Virus record (IMG/VR): IMGVR_UViG_3300035703_000033
Span: 32,001-96,000 of that record
DNA from: a virus
Length of the DNA stretch: 64,000 nt
Direction: 5' to 3' (one strand)
Below are positions 29,601 to 39,090 of this stretch, piece by piece. Both the position numbers and the translations under genes were made by a program. Position 1 is the stretch's first letter. Each line of letters opens with the position of its first letter. The notes below the pieces were generated by a model. The model saw only the letters and a list, made by a program, of their open reading frames with translations. It did not search any database and had not been told where the DNA came from.

Positions 29601-32600
29601 TTCTGGAAGACAACTGGCACATTTAACAGATGCAATTACTGGAGACACTCTTTCTGTAGATGCAAAAGCTAGACTTATGAGGCAGTTTGGTTTAACTTAT
29701 GATCAAGTTTCTGCACCAAGTACTAGAGTTAATAGCTCTTTATTTGCAGCATATGATAAGTTCTTTAATCAGGGTACAAATGATGGGAATTTAAGTATAA
29801 GTAAAGCAATAGATTATTTAAGTGGTAAGCCAGTATTTGATCCAAAATTTGCAAAAGGTCCAGTGGTTCATAACCCGCTAATAGCATATGAAGGAATGAT
29901 GGCAGACCTTGGAATACCAGTCAAAGACAGACCAGCATTTGCAAGATCGCTAGATGCAGCAATTGTTTCAAGGTTAAAAACTTTAGCAACATCTGGAGCA
30001 GATACTCTTTCAGATTCACCAACAAGACCTGGACAAGTTAAAGCATCCATAATTGGAGATGCCATAACAGATCAGATAGTTAGTTCAAAAGATCCAAGAA
30101 TTATTAAAGCATTAGAAAGATTAAAAACCCCTGGAGAAGTTAGAGTTTATAATCCAAGACGTGGAACAAGTGATAGGTTTTTCCCTAAAGCTACAAGTAG
30201 AATTAGTACGCTTCTTGCATCAATAGTTGCAAAAAGAAGAATGCCTTCAGTATCTGCAGCAGTTGCTGCGGCATTTCCATCAATAAGAACTAAGATTGCA
30301 GATCAGCCAGCAGCGCCAACAAGAAGCACACTACCTAGAGGAACGTTTACCCCTGGAGCATACAGAGGATATTTCCCAAGAAGAAATCGTGGCGGAGTTA
30401 TTGGATATAATTCTGGAGGTTATGTACAAGCATTGAATAATGGCGGAATAAAAACTGATCTTGGAATGCCAACAATGGGTCCTACTGCTCAATGGAGGGG
30501 AGACCATGTTTCTCCTATGCAAAGATTTAAGGGTCAAGGCGGACCAATGATGGCTGGATTCGGATTGCAGATGGCAGGACAAATGATAGGTGGTCAAGCT
30601 GGAAATGCAATGATGTTTGGCGGACTTGCAATGCAACTTTCTCCTTTGTTAGGAATGATGAAGGGTCTCAGCGCTTCAATGATTTCATTTAAGTCTATAG
30701 GAACAGTAGCAATGAGTGCGGTTACTAAGACTGTTGGTGTTCTAAGAGCTGCTCTTGTATTCTTAACGGGACCAGTTGGAGCAACAATTGCAGCATTGAC
30801 AGCAGTATCTATAGTTTTATTAAATATGAAGAAGAATGCAGAAGCAGCTGGAAAAGCAAATAGATTAGCTTTAGGCGGAACTTCTGAATCATTCTCTTCT
30901 GTTGGAATTAAAAATTATAAAACTGTTTCTGACAGACTTAAAGAAATTAATGACCAGATGGAGCTTAATAGGGCAAAGGCAAAATCTATTGCAGATTCAT
31001 ATAATCAAGCAGGCCCTACAGGTGTTACTTTATCAATCAAGCAATTAAATGAAGCAATTAAAAATGCTAAAGCAAATCAAAAAGATTACGTGGACGCATT
31101 TAACTCAATTGATCCTTCTAAGGTAGTATCTTATGCTGCACAGATTAAAGCACAGTTTGTAGCTATGGGAATGAGTGCTGAGCAGGCATCTAATCAAATA
31201 TTTGCAATAATTAAAGCTTCTGAAAAAGCATCTCAAGCATTTTCTGCTGTATCATCTTCAGAATTTAGAAATATTACAAGTCAGGTTACAGCACTTAAAT
31301 CATTATTTACCACAATGGCAAAAGCATCTAGCTCATCTCTATTTAACGCAGAAGAGTTCACACAAGGCTTAGATACGCTAGTATCTTCAGTTCTTGCATA
31401 TAGAGATTCATTAATTGGAACTAAGGATGCTGCACAAAATATATTAGATGAGTCTGATGCAACCAAGAAGGTAATGGATGAGATCAGCAAGGTAAAGAAT
31501 GCCGATGCCCAGCTAGACCAAAAGGTAATTCAAGGACTCAAGGAGCAAAGCTTAACTTATGCAACAATTTTAAATTCAGCAGAAAGCTTAGAGAGTATAA
31601 CTGCAAAAATATTACTATACCAGTCAGGATTATCAAATATAGTTGATTTAGCTGCAATGGGAGCACAGGCTGCAGTTACAATGGCAAAGAATTTATCAGT
31701 AATACAAGGTGGAATTAATAATATTACTGAAAGCACAGATCCAAAACTTAACCCATTATCAGGCTTAGCTGTTTCCATTAATGCAGCTGATAAAGCTCAA
31801 AATGCATTTAATAATAAAATTAAAGCTGCAAAAAAGATGGATGAAGATTATTATAAGAACAAAATCAAGGCAATAGATAAGGTTATAGATAAGCTTCAAG
31901 AAGAAGCAGACGAAAGAATTAAGGCAATTCGTGCAGAACAAGATGCAAGAAATGTAGCCACCGATATACAGCAAGAGCAGCTTAAGTATCAGCAAGCCCT
32001 CATGGCTGGAGATATGGAATCTGCAGCACAGGCACAGCTAGAAATTCAAAGACTTGTAAAACAAAAGCAAGAAGAAGATGCTATTGCAGCAATTGAAAAG
32101 AAGTTAGCTGAGGAACTAAAGAAGCAAAAAGCTGAGCAAGAAAGATTAGCAGATCTTGATGAAAAGAGAAGAAAGGGTCTTGAAAATATGACCACTTCTT
32201 CTCAAGCAAACCAAGCTTCATCTTCTGAAATGAAGTCTGCAAGAGACAGGCTAGAGGCCATAATAGCGCCTTTCTCTGGGAAAGACATAAAAGATGTTCC
32301 AAAGGATGTCAGAGACCAAGTTGTTACTATATTAGAAGAAATGAAGAATAGCACAAACAAGGCTTTGAGAGATGAATACTCAAGATTGTTTAATGAATTT
32401 AGAGGAAAGGCTGGCAAGGGGCCACAGGATATAGCAACGCCTTTAATTAAAGAATTTTTAAAGTCTATTAATAACTACGGTTCACAGGCTGGTAATTCAG
32501 AATTTTTGGCTGCAGTTAAGCAATTCTCTGCAGCAGTTGATGCCTTCTCTGGCAAGACAGGCTTACCTTTCTTTAAGCCAGGAGCTGGAGATTTTAAGAA

Positions 32601-33186
32601 TAATAAGTTTGCTCCAGATACTACATTTATGCAATTTACGGATTCAAAGGGTAAGAATCCAATTCAGTTCATGGTGGCTTCCTATGATTATGAAAATGCT
32701 TATAATAAGTACACAGCAGCTGGCTGGAAGTTTACAGGATATTCTGCAAATAAAGTTCAGGGTATTAATGAAATCAAATACATAAAAGGACTGCCAGCAA
32801 AGAAGTCAGCGATGGGCGGATTAATATCTGGCCCAGGAACTGGTACCTCAGATTCAATTCCAGCATTACTTTCTAACGGAGAATTTGTTATAAATGCTGC
32901 ATCTGCCTCTAAGATAGGATATCCAACTCTTGAAAAAATTAATAAGTATGCTGGCGGAGGAATGGTATCTTATGATGTGCCTAAGATGGCAAGTGGCGGA
33001 TTAGTAAATGGATCCACACTAGGACAAGTATTCCATGTTGTAAATAACCCAGAGATTAAGGTATATGCTGCAGAAGGACAAAATGCAGAAGAGATAGCAA
33101 GAACTGTATATAAGCTTGTTGCAAAAACACAAAAGGATGCTATGATTAAACTTGGAGAACCAATAGGTTACGGAGGAAGAAATTAA
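26692..33186 (+). CDS. tape measure protein
   Basis: 2164 aa, Ala/Leu-rich helical; follows the chaperones; DSIPALLSNGEFV motif. Confidence 0.95.
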   Translation: MAEENIITNITARADFSSLIKDLNRVTASLSSLQQTVGATNKAISSQIDAINRGFANTVRSTGQFSSHYVSLSSDVEKFGRSLDSGRLKLKDYFRTWQDHTRTSGGLIRDLAKQQVQLQNAILQPLGRNAQGLMQFNVHVPRGLDVIKNKTALTTQELKIMNKVVQDGAVQLINWGKNTQWAGRQLTVGLTLPLAAFGKAAADAFRSADQELTRLTKVYGDIAGATSAELGQIRNDVSKTAKELASSMGVNFQETIALAADIAATGKTGNELLSSVSETTRLAVLGEVDRQEAMKATLAIQSAFKSNTEELSQSINFLNAVENQTSTTLNDLVEAIPKAGPVIKGLGGSVQDLALYLTAMREGGVSASEGANALKSALASLINPTDVAVAKFEGFGIDLLGIVNNNAGNVTQTLMSLQGALDKLDPLQKQQAIEQLFGKFQFSRLNALFENLGRQGSQTLQVLDLMKASAGDLENVASRELAMVTESAAGKYKRAIESLKADLAGVGEQFLNIGTTIVTVLDNIIDFGKKLPEPLKKILAFGTAFTAMVGPVIMLTGLLANFFGYIVKGVFHFKSLFKGGEGWRLLTPEILAAEKAGSLAEQTFYSDAQAATILKKALADLSMEYDALAARLASGKISVSPALTTMAGSIIQPGSPGYRPVNPNHPLVGGMSSSHLNPRDPNNPATLFGLVPGATGVNQKIGRNPQIMMEERLPNIEGLTSVGGVSTGVVASEAARYQALMATLGMQSQKEIEDLKKTIRMGGAVSSQFIQTFDDILPLTTQITQNVAAQSAAVIAELRAGKLTVDQAKAQIIALNAQLEADLGRTVSAYASSTGRSIDLTRVPLIDQPVVDATGKSNMRALFRKGRMRDIMQALGRATRTRTMGAPYSIETTNLPKFNTGGQVYVSPGSVVPGPNVNADVVPAMLTAGEFVVNREATAANLPLLQAINGQGSRGPGFNLGSSREIRNRYSGRQLAHLTDAITGDTLSVDAKARLMRQFGLTYDQVSAPSTRVNSSLFAAYDKFFNQGTNDGNLSISKAIDYLSGKPVFDPKFAKGPVVHNPLIAYEGMMADLGIPVKDRPAFARSLDAAIVSRLKTLATSGADTLSDSPTRPGQVKASIIGDAITDQIVSSKDPRIIKALERLKTPGEVRVYNPRRGTSDRFFPKATSRISTLLASIVAKRRMPSVSAAVAAAFPSIRTKIADQPAAPTRSTLPRGTFTPGAYRGYFPRRNRGGVIGYNSGGYVQALNNGGIKTDLGMPTMGPTAQWRGDHVSPMQRFKGQGGPMMAGFGLQMAGQMIGGQAGNAMMFGGLAMQLSPLLGMMKGLSASMISFKSIGTVAMSAVTKTVGVLRAALVFLTGPVGATIAALTAVSIVLLNMKKNAEAAGKANRLALGGTSESFSSVGIKNYKTVSDRLKEINDQMELNRAKAKSIADSYNQAGPTGVTLSIKQLNEAIKNAKANQKDYVDAFNSIDPSKVVSYAAQIKAQFVAMGMSAEQASNQIFAIIKASEKASQAFSAVSSSEFRNITSQVTALKSLFTTMAKASSSSLFNAEEFTQGLDTLVSSVLAYRDSLIGTKDAAQNILDESDATKKVMDEISKVKNADAQLDQKVIQGLKEQSLTYATILNSAESLESITAKILLYQSGLSNIVDLAAMGAQAAVTMAKNLSVIQGGINNITESTDPKLNPLSGLAVSINAADKAQNAFNNKIKAAKKMDEDYYKNKIKAIDKVIDKLQEEADERIKAIRAEQDARNVATDIQQEQLKYQQALMAGDMESAAQAQLEIQRLVKQKQEEDAIAAIEKKLAEELKKQKAEQERLADLDEKRRKGLENMTTSSQANQASSSEMKSARDRLEAIIAPFSGKDIKDVPKDVRDQVVTILEEMKNSTNKALRDEYSRLFNEFRGKAGKGPQDIATPLIKEFLKSINNYGSQAGNSEFLAAVKQFSAAVDAFSGKTGLPFFKPGAGDFKNNKFAPDTTFMQFTDSKGKNPIQFMVASYDYENAYNKYTAAGWKFTGYSANKVQGINEIKYIKGLPAKKSAMGGLISGPGTGTSDSIPALLSNGEFVINAASASKIGYPTLEKINKYAGGGMVSYDVPKMASGGLVNGSTLGQVFHVVNNPEIKVYAAEGQNAEEIARTVYKLVAKTQKDAMIKLGEPIGYGGRN

Positions 33187-33188
33187 AA

Positions 33189-33788
33189 ATGGCATTTGAA
33201 AATTTACCAAAAGGTTCAATTCTATATATAGAAGCTAAAGACCCGCTAGCTATAGATACTGGAACTACAACCAATAATTTTTCTTTTGGTGGAGCAACTC
33301 TTTCTGCACCAGGGCAAAGATATACTTCTTCCGTTGCCTCTAGAAATAAGTTAGCTTATTCAGATATTAATAATATGAAATTTAGAAGAGTTTCAGAGCA
33401 TAATAGATCAGAATTTTCTATAAGCCCAATAAGAATAGAGCAACAGACAAGAATGGCAAATGGATATATGCGTAAATATTTTACAGCAGAAAAAAAGCAA
33501 TTTTCCTTATCTTGGGATATGCTACCATCATATAGAAATGAAACTGTAGATGGTGCATGGGCTGCGGAAGATCTAAAGTATTTTTATGAAAGCTCAGCAG
33601 GAAGAGGCTCATTTCGAATAAGAATTAACCCAACAGTCCTTACTCCAGCAATGTACCTTGAAGACTCTTCTAGCCAGCTTTTAGATGACTATACTTATAC
33701 AGTAGTTTTTACATCATGTAATTTTACTGTTGCTAAGAGAGGTATTCAGCCTTACTGGAATGTAAGCATGACTTTGGAGGAGGTATAA
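33189..33788 (+). CDS. distal tail/minor tail protein
   Basis: First gene after tape measure; RMANGYMRKY..FSLSWDMLP. Confidence 0.7.
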   Translation: MAFENLPKGSILYIEAKDPLAIDTGTTTNNFSFGGATLSAPGQRYTSSVASRNKLAYSDINNMKFRRVSEHNRSEFSISPIRIEQQTRMANGYMRKYFTAEKKQFSLSWDMLPSYRNETVDGAWAAEDLKYFYESSAGRGSFRIRINPTVLTPAMYLEDSSSQLLDDYTYTVVFTSCNFTVAKRGIQPYWNVSMTLEEV

Positions 33789-33791
33789 TAA

Positions 33792-36005
33792 ATGGAAATT
33801 TCTCCATCTCTAAAAACACTGCTAAATACCTCACAGTCTTTGCAAATAAACTCAGGATGCTTCATTGAGTATAATATGAATAATATGCTGGATAGCATAT
33901 CTGTATCTTATCCAGATGATTTAGAAGTATTTTATAAGACACATAATAACTCAGATGGAACAGTGGTTGATTCATTTAATAAATATAGAAAGCTTTTCCC
34001 TGTAGACTCCGTAACAAGACCAATCCGCCCACTCAATTCTGGAATTAAATACTTTATATGGACAGAAGGTAAGACAGAGGTTAGTGAAAGTTCTTTTGAG
34101 TCTCCAAGAGTTTCTTTATACCCAGTAGATAAAGCTAGGGTCTACTATCCAGGAGTGGAAAATCAATATAAGTATTGGGTTACTCCTATTAATAAAAATG
34201 CTGATATTACTGTAAACTATTCCGTATCAACAGCAAAAATAACTCAAGCTTATTTTAATGGAACATCTGTAGTATATAAAACATTTTTTCCTCATGGGTT
34301 CCTGTCTGGAATGAGAGTAAATATAACTGGGCTATCTATATCTGCATATAATCTTTCAAATGTTTTAATTTCTAATATAATAGATCAGTATACATTTGAG
34401 GTTAGCAGCTCTGCAGTCGGAGCCTGGGCAGAAAATCAAAATGGAACAGCCACCCTAGTAACTGCTACTAAAGCAGCAACTGCTAATAAAATAGTTATAA
34501 GATTTGAAAAGTTTCACGATAAGCCAACCGCTATAAATGTTACGATAAATGCTGAAACTCCAATAGCTTTGACAATACCAGCAAGTGACTGGAGCGGAGA
34601 GCATATTTTATATTACAATGGTTCATCTTGGTCTACATCTAAACCATCTTCTCCGTCTAGTCCTATAAACGTATCAACCGTTAGGGTACAGGCTACAAAT
34701 AGCGCATCTGGAAAAGCATTAGGCGTTATAGAGGTTTCAGCTAGATGGTACAAAGATATATCTTCAGATATAGTGTCTATGAAAATATCTAAAGAGTCTT
34801 CTTCAGATAACACAAGAATATTACCTGTTGGATATGTTACGGCAAACGATATGAGCTTAGAGTTAGTAAAATATGATCAAGACCAGGTTAAGATATTAGA
34901 GTATAATAAGTCTGACAGCATAGATGCCTCAAAAATATATTTATATAAAAATGCTGAGCTAACACCGTACATAGAAGTTGAAGGAAATAAAATTAATCAA
35001 GGATATTTTTATATTAAAAACTTTGATATAGATCAATATGGCTCAGCAAGCGTAATGGCATTAGACTCAGCTAAATTTTTAATGGAAACAATTGCTCCAG
35101 AAATTTTATGCGAGTCATATCCAGCTACAGCAGTCCTAAGAAGATTGCTGGATTCAGTTGGATTTTCCAGCTATAATTTTAATGTAGAAGAAAATGATGA
35201 CTCAGTTCCAGTGATAAATTATTGGTACTCCACTAATACAGAAACAGTCTGGGGGCTAATACAAGACTTATGTCGAGACATTCAAATGAATGCTTTTGTT
35301 GATGAAAATAATGTTTTACAGTTCTATAGTAGAAATAAGATATATAATAACTTAAGTGTAGACTGGCAATTTTTTTATGACACTGAAATGTCTGGGGCAT
35401 CAGTAGTTGGTCTACCAAATATTCAGTCTTTAAATAAACAAGAAATTGCATCTGCTAATGAGGTTCAAATATTATGGAGTTCTCCAGTAACTTCAAACTA
35501 CCTAGGTAACTCTACATTTATTTGGCAGACTCCCACTAGATTTTTGGGAGCTGGAGGACTCAAAACTTCGATAGAGAGAGATACAACTCCTGTTGATACA
35601 ATACTTGATATTGATTTAAATACATACGCAGACGCATATAGCGAAGCTCAATCACTATACAGTTTTAGCGGGTACGTGTTAATAAATTCTGAAGTTATAG
35701 AATATGATGCTATACAATATCAGTATGTTCCAAAAGAAGCATCGGATGATGCGGTGCCAGAAAAAATTTGGGTAACTTCCGCTTTAGATTTAAATAAATA
35801 TAGATGGTTATCAAAGCCAGGCTATAAAGACCCTAAAAAACCAGAAACAGCTTTCTTTAGGCCAACTGGAAAGTACAGGGTAAAAACAAGAGGAGCTCTT
35901 GGAACTAATAGGGGAGAACATCCAGCTTCTGCAATTGATTTTGTTAATCCGAGCCATTCAGAAGATTTAACTAAATGGAATCAGGGGGTGCTAGAGTTTA
36001 AATGA
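33792..36005 (+). CDS. minor tail (hub/Tal-like) protein, N-terminal part
   Basis: Synteny; TVWGLIQDLC..AFVDENNVLQFYSR. Confidence 0.65.
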   Translation: MEISPSLKTLLNTSQSLQINSGCFIEYNMNNMLDSISVSYPDDLEVFYKTHNNSDGTVVDSFNKYRKLFPVDSVTRPIRPLNSGIKYFIWTEGKTEVSESSFESPRVSLYPVDKARVYYPGVENQYKYWVTPINKNADITVNYSVSTAKITQAYFNGTSVVYKTFFPHGFLSGMRVNITGLSISAYNLSNVLISNIIDQYTFEVSSSAVGAWAENQNGTATLVTATKAATANKIVIRFEKFHDKPTAINVTINAETPIALTIPASDWSGEHILYYNGSSWSTSKPSSPSSPINVSTVRVQATNSASGKALGVIEVSARWYKDISSDIVSMKISKESSSDNTRILPVGYVTANDMSLELVKYDQDQVKILEYNKSDSIDASKIYLYKNAELTPYIEVEGNKINQGYFYIKNFDIDQYGSASVMALDSAKFLMETIAPEILCESYPATAVLRRLLDSVGFSSYNFNVEENDDSVPVINYWYSTNTETVWGLIQDLCRDIQMNAFVDENNVLQFYSRNKIYNNLSVDWQFFYDTEMSGASVVGLPNIQSLNKQEIASANEVQILWSSPVTSNYLGNSTFIWQTPTRFLGAGGLKTSIERDTTPVDTILDIDLNTYADAYSEAQSLYSFSGYVLINSEVIEYDAIQYQYVPKEASDDAVPEKIWVTSALDLNKYRWLSKPGYKDPKKPETAFFRPTGKYRVKTRGALGTNRGEHPASAIDFVNPSHSEDLTKWNQGVLEFK

Positions 36006-37684
36006 CATATCCAGATAGAAATGAATACAGTGGTATATCTAGTTCTTTAAATTTAAGATTTACACCAACAATAACCGACAATATGGATGGTTCTGTTGAA
36101 ATATCAATAGATAGCTCATTTGTTACAACACTTCCATCTCTATATAGGGTAGAATATAGAAAAGCTTCAGATACATCATTACCATTCACAACTGTCACAA
36201 GCCCCATAGGCGTGTTAACAATTTCTGGCTTATCCAGAGGTACGACATACACTTTTAAAATAAGGGCAGAAGACGGTTCGTTGTATGGTAACTATTCAAT
36301 TGTTGAAAAATATATTTCAAAAGACTCAAAGGTAGCAGGCGATGGTTCTAAGCAGGTTAATGGATCAAGCCAAACAAAATCTTTGTTAGAGTTAACTAAT
36401 ACAAAAGATAATTTTAAAAATAAAAAGTGGGCTATTGTATATAAGAGATTTGATAATATACCAGTAGAGCCAGAGGGTGATACTGAGACATACTATTCTT
36501 ATGGAACTGCTCTCTACATGGATTCTAATTTTGACAACCCAAATCAAAGCGCAGCTATAGGATTCTTTATTTCCAATCAGGGCCAGAAAGGGTACTATCT
36601 ATCGCTAGAGACAACCAGCCTAGCAGCATCTGCAAATAAAAAAGAATTAAGAATTATGAAAGCAACAGGTGGAGGCAATCTAGTTGCAATAAAAGACAGT
36701 CAGACTACAATAGCGGAGAGCTTAAACGGTGTTTATGGCGGAAGAGAATACTTGGTAAACATAAAGGTTAAGTTTAAAAGAGTTGCTGGAGTAAAGACAG
36801 TTAATATATATGGATCAGTAAATGGGTATAAGTTTTCTGCGACAGATACAGACTATGAAAATACAGAAGAAAAAACTAAAAATGTTGCGCTTACTCCAAC
36901 AAAACAAGTAGCACTAGTTTGTAAATCTGGTAAGGTAGCTTTTGATTATGTCTACGCAACAGATATCAAGGATAAGAAGTCTTTTGATAGATTACAACTT
37001 GTCGGATCTATACAGAATGGTATATTTAACAATGATTTCCTTGAGTCTGGATTTGGAAATTTAATATATAATCAAAATACCGATGAGGATGCAAAAATAA
37101 TTCCAGCTGACGCAATTGAAGAATTTGGTACAACTGTTAGAGAGATACATACAGCTAAATTAAAATTTGATGCAAGACCAGTCTTTCCAATAAACATATC
37201 GACTGGTTTAAATACTGGAGCAAGTCTAATAGGATCTAAAATGGGAAGCTTTGATGCTGAACTATACCTATTAAATAATAGCTCTACAACAATACCCATA
37301 GATGGTTCAAGTCTTTATATATATGGAAATACTCTATCAGACTCTGGACAGTTAGAATATAAGACAAATGAAACGTCAGAGTATGTCTATAAAGAGCCAG
37401 TAATTTTTGAAACTAAATGGATTCAAAATTTAGACGACGTAGAAAAACTAGCAAACTGGATTAAGGGTAACGTAATAAATAAAGGTAAAATTGTAGATAT
37501 GGAAATATTTGGAAATCCAGCAATTTCAATTGGTGAAATTATTACCATTAAATACCCATATGTTGAGATGAGCGGGGATTCTGAAAAAGAAAGATTTATA
37601 GTTACTAACGTAAAGCATGAGTACAAGGATGGAGGTCTAACTACTATACTGTCTGCTAGAAAGATTCACTTCTCTAGCTTATAA
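36002..37684 (+). CDS. minor tail protein, C-terminal part with N-terminal FN3
   Basis: ISGLSRGTTYTFKIRAE; IFGNPAISIGEIITI hub-type C-terminus. Confidence 0.6.
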   Translation: MTYPDRNEYSGISSSLNLRFTPTITDNMDGSVEISIDSSFVTTLPSLYRVEYRKASDTSLPFTTVTSPIGVLTISGLSRGTTYTFKIRAEDGSLYGNYSIVEKYISKDSKVAGDGSKQVNGSSQTKSLLELTNTKDNFKNKKWAIVYKRFDNIPVEPEGDTETYYSYGTALYMDSNFDNPNQSAAIGFFISNQGQKGYYLSLETTSLAASANKKELRIMKATGGGNLVAIKDSQTTIAESLNGVYGGREYLVNIKVKFKRVAGVKTVNIYGSVNGYKFSATDTDYENTEEKTKNVALTPTKQVALVCKSGKVAFDYVYATDIKDKKSFDRLQLVGSIQNGIFNNDFLESGFGNLIYNQNTDEDAKIIPADAIEEFGTTVREIHTAKLKFDARPVFPINISTGLNTGASLIGSKMGSFDAELYLLNNSSTTIPIDGSSLYIYGNTLSDSGQLEYKTNETSEYVYKEPVIFETKWIQNLDDVEKLANWIKGNVINKGKIVDMEIFGNPAISIGEIITIKYPYVEMSGDSEKERFIVTNVKHEYKDGGLTTILSARKIHFSSL

Positions 37685-37693
37685 TGGTATAAT
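37665..37693 (+). promoter_or_regulatory. promoter, leaderless or near-leaderless
   Basis: TTCACT-17 bp-TATAAT with extended TG; ATG 8 nt downstream. Confidence 0.55.
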
Positions 37694-37701
37694 AAATTAT
37701 T

Positions 37702-38157
37702 ATGGTAAAAGCAGTGGACCAAAAAATTAATGCTCAAGACATCACAAGAGGTGCTCCAGTAGTATTAGTTCCTGGACATCCAGATACTCAATTTTTGAGA
37801 CCTGGCGAGTACATAGAAAAAAATATTCAAAATCTAACAATAAAGGGAACAGCCGCAGGAATATCTGGCTACTCTTCGGGTGCTGGATCAAAAGAAGTAA
37901 ATACTGAAAATCCAGAAGAAAAGAAGCCGTTATTTCCAAGAGAAGTAGTTCATAAGTGGGGTCCAAAAAGTTTAGCATATCCAATAGTTTTGCCAGACAC
38001 ACCAGATTTAAGTGATATTGTAAGTGTTCAGTTTACTAAATATTATGATATAGCTAATAAATTAAGAGTAAAGGCAGAAATAAAAATCAAAAACTCTAGT
38101 GTTCGAAAAGACAGCGTAATAGGTGTAGACGCTAGAATATTTAATGTGGGGTCGTAA
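37702..38157 (+). CDS. hypothetical tail-region protein
   Basis: Intact ORF coupled to the next gene. Confidence 0.5.
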   Translation: MVKAVDQKINAQDITRGAPVVLVPGHPDTQFLRPGEYIEKNIQNLTIKGTAAGISGYSSGAGSKEVNTENPEEKKPLFPREVVHKWGPKSLAYPIVLPDTPDLSDIVSVQFTKYYDIANKLRVKAEIKIKNSSVRKDSVIGVDARIFNVGS

Positions 38158-39089
38158 TGATTAAGGGTACATATATATATTATCAAGATGGTGTAGAGAT
38201 ATACAGATCTTCAAATATTATAACAAAGTTTGGGAAAAGATTCCTAACAAATTTTATAGCTGGAAGATCATCGTTCAACGAAAAGTCTTTAGCAATAGGA
38301 ATTGATAGCACTGTAGCTACAGAGAATGATACACGCTTAGGTCTTGAGTTCTATAGAACACCAGTGGAGTTTGGTAGCACGGACATTAGTACGGTTGACG
38401 GTGTTTCTTCATATTCAGTAGTATATAAGGCTACGCTTCCACAGGCGCTAGCTGGCGTTATACATGAAATTGGTTTATACCCACAAAATACAATATCTTT
38501 AAATAATTATGACAGCAAGTTTTTAGCTGGTTTTGATAGCCAGCTAGATTGGTATGATTCTTCTCAAGCAAGCCCAGATTTTGTGGCTGAAAACTCTAGG
38601 GTCGGAGAGAACATCCTAGAATTTATATCTGGAAATGATGAACCAAAAGAATATTTTTCTAATATCAATTCATTAGATTTATCTGGTTATAGTATTAATG
38701 ACACAGTTAGATTTGCATATTATCAAAATGACACAAATTTATCTACAATAAAAATTAAGCTGTATAGCTCAAATACAGATTACTATACTGCCTCAGTAAC
38801 ACCTGGGGCGGAGGCTGGATATCAAATATCATCAGACATTTCAATGAGTGAGTTTTTGAATAATCCAGTTGGTAATCCTAATGTTTCCGATATTACTAAA
38901 ATTGGCATTGAAGTATTTCCAGTTTCTGGAGAACAAACATCAATAGGTGCAGATGCTTTAAGAATAAACGATGAAGATACATTTAATCCAATCTACGGCA
39001 TAATTAGTAGATCTGTTTTAAGTACACCACTAACTAAATTGGCTGGAAGACAAGTAGATGTAGAATATAGATTGGATTTAAGCTTCTAA
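38157..39089 (+). CDS. minor tail/baseplate protein
   Basis: NIITKFGKRFL; DTRLGLEFYR; IHEIGLY resemble fibre-anchor N-terminal folds. Confidence 0.55.
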   Translation: MIKGTYIYYQDGVEIYRSSNIITKFGKRFLTNFIAGRSSFNEKSLAIGIDSTVATENDTRLGLEFYRTPVEFGSTDISTVDGVSSYSVVYKATLPQALAGVIHEIGLYPQNTISLNNYDSKFLAGFDSQLDWYDSSQASPDFVAENSRVGENILEFISGNDEPKEYFSNINSLDLSGYSINDTVRFAYYQNDTNLSTIKIKLYSSNTDYYTASVTPGAEAGYQISSDISMSEFLNNPVGNPNVSDITKIGIEVFPVSGEQTSIGADALRINDEDTFNPIYGIISRSVLSTPLTKLAGRQVDVEYRLDLSF

Positions 39090-39090
39090 A

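Noticed and set aside
35994-36005. Programmed frameshift at GAG TTT AAA TGA joining the two minor tail ORFs
   Set aside because: TTTAAAT is not in X XXY YYZ phase; ATGA coupling explains the junction.
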